Part shown: positions 60,010 to 64,000 of the stretch, one piece after another
Layout: each line of letters starts with the position of its first letter
Numbering within the stretch: the first letter of the stretch is position 1
DNA from: Marsupella aquatica
Taxonomy: Eukaryota; Plantae; Marchantiophyta
Direction: 5' to 3'
Assembly (NCBI GenBank): GCA_973895155.1
Contig: OZ316893.1
Coordinates: forward strand, 16,150,645-16,214,644
DNA: 64,000 nucleotides
Position numbers and translations under genes: made by a program
The notes under the pieces: generated by a model
What the model saw: the letters and a program-made list of their open reading frames with translations, nothing else
The model's database searches: none
What the model was told of the DNA's origin: nothing

Positions 60010-63000
60010 CATGATTCTGGCACTAGGAATCACCTGCAATATATGGTGGTATCAAACACAACATGTGTCATCCTCTAGAACATTTATCGCAAATCAACAT
60101 AGTAGCTATTCCCTGAGCAGATTGACACAACATACACTTCAAGATAACACATACATGTGCCAAACTTGAATTTACTATACCATCAATGTTTGGAAAGTGA
60201 CATGGTGCACAGTTACGCACATGATCGGACTTCCAAACCATATCATCATGTCCTTCCAATATCAACACACTAGAAGGCAACACTTCACGCATACTCAAAA
60301 TGGTCCAACCTATGGTCACATCAAGTGCCAATGGTATTGTCTGCTACAAATAAACATAGTCACTAGGATGAAATTGTTAAATCCTTGCACAATAACTTGG
60401 CATATCACAAAGTATCACGATATCACAAAGTTGGGCAATGGCAAGCTTGGGGGTCTCACTATATGAAGACCTCCCTATCATCTGCAACGTTTTTAGGCCT
60501 TGGACCCCTTAAAATGTAAGAAAAAAATATTTTTCCAACCCCTATGAAGTTGAGATATTCTTGGAATATTCCAAAAATTTGGTTAGAAGGACCTCAATGT
60601 TCTTATAAGTCTCAAAATTGGATTTTAAAAGACCCTATTGTTCTTCTGAAAAAATTCTTAAGTCTTCTCTTTGAACAAATAAAATGGCCCTATCCTTCGT
60701 TGCACATGATGTGCCATTTTTATGAAAGTGAAACCCCCGAGATGGCAAGGTTGTCAAAAGCAATGGGCATCACTCTCCCAAATACCCGTGCTCTCTCTAA
60801 ACACACCTTCATCCAAACATTGCGATCATCCAAATCCACAACTCATGCGGTATCAATGGATAGCCGATGGCAATCTGGCTCTCTACCATAAAGCAACTAA
60901 AGAAATAACGTGATGCAAGTGATGCTTGCCGACTAGAATGGTAGCCCATAGCTAACCAAGGTAGTTGGAGATCATAATCTCCCAAATGACCAACTTGCAG
61001 ACCATACTTGTGCAATCCTCTCTTCACAATTTGTACAACTCTATCAGCCAATCCATTTGCCTCAAGATGATTGCAAGAAGTGGTACGATCATCAATCAAA
61101 GCTTTCTCTCAAAAGATCTCCACAAAACTCCATGCCTTGATCAGTTAACACCTCAACTGGTGCTCCAGACTGAGGACACAATTAATCCAAAAATGTGGCA
61201 GCAACTCCTCCACTAGCTTTATCTAGCAACGACAACCACTAGTTCAATCCACTTGGAGAAGTGCTCCACCATGACCAAAACATACCAATGATGTTGTTGG
61301 ATAAGGGGTAATGGACCAGCAAAGTCCAAAATCCATTGGTATCCCAAACCCATGTTCGACAATGGATGCAACTGGCATGGGGAGTGGGAGCATTGAATGA
61401 TTGAGGCTCTCACTTGATCACATACCTTACACTTAGGTATCAATTGCTGGACATGAGTGTGTATACCAGGCCATCAATATTGTGTGTGCAACAAGCTATA
61501 AGTGCGCTTCACACCAAAGTGACCTAACTCCTTGTGTGCATGTCACACCAAATGTATTCATTGCATGGGAGGGTCTTGGTACCACCAATGCCTTAACTTC
61601 ATGCAGTACCCTCAAAAGATGGTTTCCTTCCCATTGAAACCTCTTGGCTCTTTGGAAAACCCTATCACGCTTCTTGGCATCAAGATTGTCACCAATAGAA
61701 CCACTACACGGGTATTCCAACACTCTCTCATCGTTGTGAATATCATGTTGTCTAGCAATAACCTCACCAACATCCATATCAATAGACTCATCATCTACTC
61801 CATCCAATGAGGTAGAGTCTATAGATCCACTGCATGCTGGCACCCAACAATCAAAGGCAAATGCATGTTCTCCTAGCACCATCTCCTTATCTAAATCATC
61901 ATGCCATCTGTCTCCAGTATCATCCTCCTGATTGGTACATGGATTGCGGCTCAACCCATCCGTATCCAAGTTCACCTTTCCAGGCCAATGTACAATCTGG
62001 AAATCATATTCTTGTAACAACAATGCCCATCGTGCAAGCTTTCAAGTAAGCTTGTCAAACTCCATTAACCACTTGAGAGGCTGATGATCAATGATCAAAG
62101 TGAATGGATTACCAAACAAGTAGCAACAAGTGTGCAACAGCCCACACTGTTGCCAAACACTCTTCCTCATAAGAGCTATACTTAGCCTCCATTGAATTGT
62201 TTGATCTACTTGCATTTGTCACAACAACCTCATCATCCCTTTTGAGTTAGTACTGCTCCAAGTCCTACTCCATACCAATCAATGTGCAGCTAAAATAGTC
62301 TTCCTGGAATGGGTCTTCTGAAAATAGGGGATGACGCCAATCTTTCCTTCAACTCATGAAAGGCATGCTCCTGGTCATCACCCCAAATCCACTCCTGGTC
62401 CAACTTAGAGAGTATGGTTAAAGGCTTAACAAGCTGGCTAAATCCTTTAACATACCTCCTATAGTAGCTTGCCAATCCCAAGAATGCACAAACTCTACTC
62501 ACATTAGTAGGACAAGGAATCTTTGTAATGGCCTCCACCTTAGTCTACTAGCACACACCAAATCGCCCTAGGTAGATAGTGTGGCCCAAGTACTCAATCT
62601 GGTCTTGAAAGGACTTACACTTGCAAGGATGGAGTTTCAACCCATGTTCTCTCGATCTCTCCAACACAATTTGTAAGTGTTGTAGATGTCTTCCATAGTA
62701 GATGAATAGACCAGAATATCATTAATATAGCATCTAACAAAGTCCAAACTTGCAAGAATTTGATACATAACTCTATGGAATTTAGCTTGTGCATTCTTTA
62801 ACCCAAATGGTAAGAACAATCACTAATACAAATGATCCTTGCCATACATATCAATTCCCCAGAAGGCTATATTGGACCTGTTTGAATGCCTAATTGGCAA
62901 CTGATGATACCCCGCTCTGAGGTCCAATGAACTAAAAACCTTTGCATGCCCCATAACATCAAAGATCTCCTCTAGTGTGGGCATGGCATATTAATCAGAT

Positions 63001-63203
63001 TTTTTCTGACGATTAATAGATCGGTAATCACCACACATTTGCCTATCCGTGTAATTGCCATGCACATCCTTCTTGGCTGGAATAACTCTGACAGATGCAT
63101 ACTCCCCGTATGAGATCTCCACAAAACTAGCCTCCAATAAATCCTGAGTTCTGCTCCGGATCAAGGACCTCTCCATGTCACTATACCGATATGGTCTATG
63201 AAA
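60010..63203 (-). pseudogene. Decayed Ty3/gypsy pol (RT-RH-INT) with C-terminal PHD finger
   Basis: RT (PFGLKNA, YIND), FLGLASYYRRYVKGFS, RNase H/LQEYDF, integrase (LDFAGPLP, ANGLADR), then CAPCH...CMLC..ML.CDKCSRG*H..CLIPP. Confidence 0.88.
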
Positions 63204-63640
63204 CATGAGAGTGAGAGAAATGAGTTTGAACAATGTGCACATCTACTGTACTAAGTTCCCCTTGTGGTTTAATTTTTCCCCTTGTGGTTTAATTGAGTTG
63301 ATTGTCATATAGCATGTTCATCCTACTACATGCCTATTTCGACTTATCTGAAAATTGATTGTCATTACCTATAAGCAATGAAAATTTGTACTGTATGTGC
63401 ACAACTCTTATTGTATGTGCACAACTCTTTAGTAACTTTGTACTTTCTTGGTCATAATGTGCTTTCCTTTGCATATGTACTTATGGTTTCGTGTGTTATA
63501 TCACTCACGCTTAATTAACAGATATTAATTTTTTTGTATACACTTCACATGTATCTACTTCTTTTATCATAAAATTAATTAAATGATTTACATATCATTA
63601 CAAAAAATAGGCATGTTCCAGGATGAACATGCTATATATA
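63204..63640. repeat. Dispersed repeat, internally deleted copy; truncates the gypsy RT
   Basis: Homology to 2554-3380 begins where gypsy coding similarity ends. Confidence 0.8.
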
Positions 63641-64000
63641 GTAGTAGGAATAGAGAGCATATGTAGCATCATTTAATTTCAGTTTTCAAAATCTTAATTC
63701 ATCAATACATCTTCAAGCCGGGGACACATATTGCCTCCCCAAAAAAGGTGCAACTAGTGCACAATTTCTGGCACTACAATGACTGTGCTCAAACATGAAA
63801 GGAAAGAAGTCAAAAGTTACTTGTGAAAGCAATTTTATTCATTAGGCTCACTTCGTCACAACATGGAGAAGACAGATTGTCTACAATAGTTCATGCTCTC
63901 AGACAATAAGATCATCTCATGTGATGGAAAACCTAGAGGAAAATGGCTTGTGGCTAGGAGTGAAAGCAGGATGCAATATGTTCATTCCATCTGCAACTTT

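Overview
Eukaryotic, transposon-dominated plant DNA, most likely from a seed-free plant or bryophyte (inferred from the element families). No intact host gene can be confidently called. Main contents: (1) two almost identical, very young, full-length Bianca-type Ty1/copia LTR retrotransposons on the minus strand (10876-16746, TSD ATATC; 47305-53176, TSD ATTGT), each broken by a different single lesion; (2) an older Tnt1/Tork-like copia (30048-36543, TSD AGTGA) and a related solo LTR (57045-57399); (3) a large degenerate Mutator-like (MULE) DNA transposon (~21-38.6 kb) with divergently transcribed genes: a GCM-like zinc finger + DDE transposase (minus strand), a multi-exon ParB/Srx-like + amino-methyltransferase-like protein (plus strand), and a Ulp1/C48 protease fragment. 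Most of its introns and its intergenic region are tiled with arrays built on one 23-bp palindrome, ATCTCGGAGAG(C/G)CTCTCCGAGAT; (4) decayed gypsy-type accessory/coiled-coil ORFs, a decayed gypsy pol ending in a PHD finger, and several MITEs. The most interesting candidate system is the MULE with ParB-MTase-like cargo and strand-polarised palindrome arrays in its non-coding DNA, which resembles both VANDAL/VANC anti-silencing and parB/parS. All domain calls are by eye from motifs; no database search was run.
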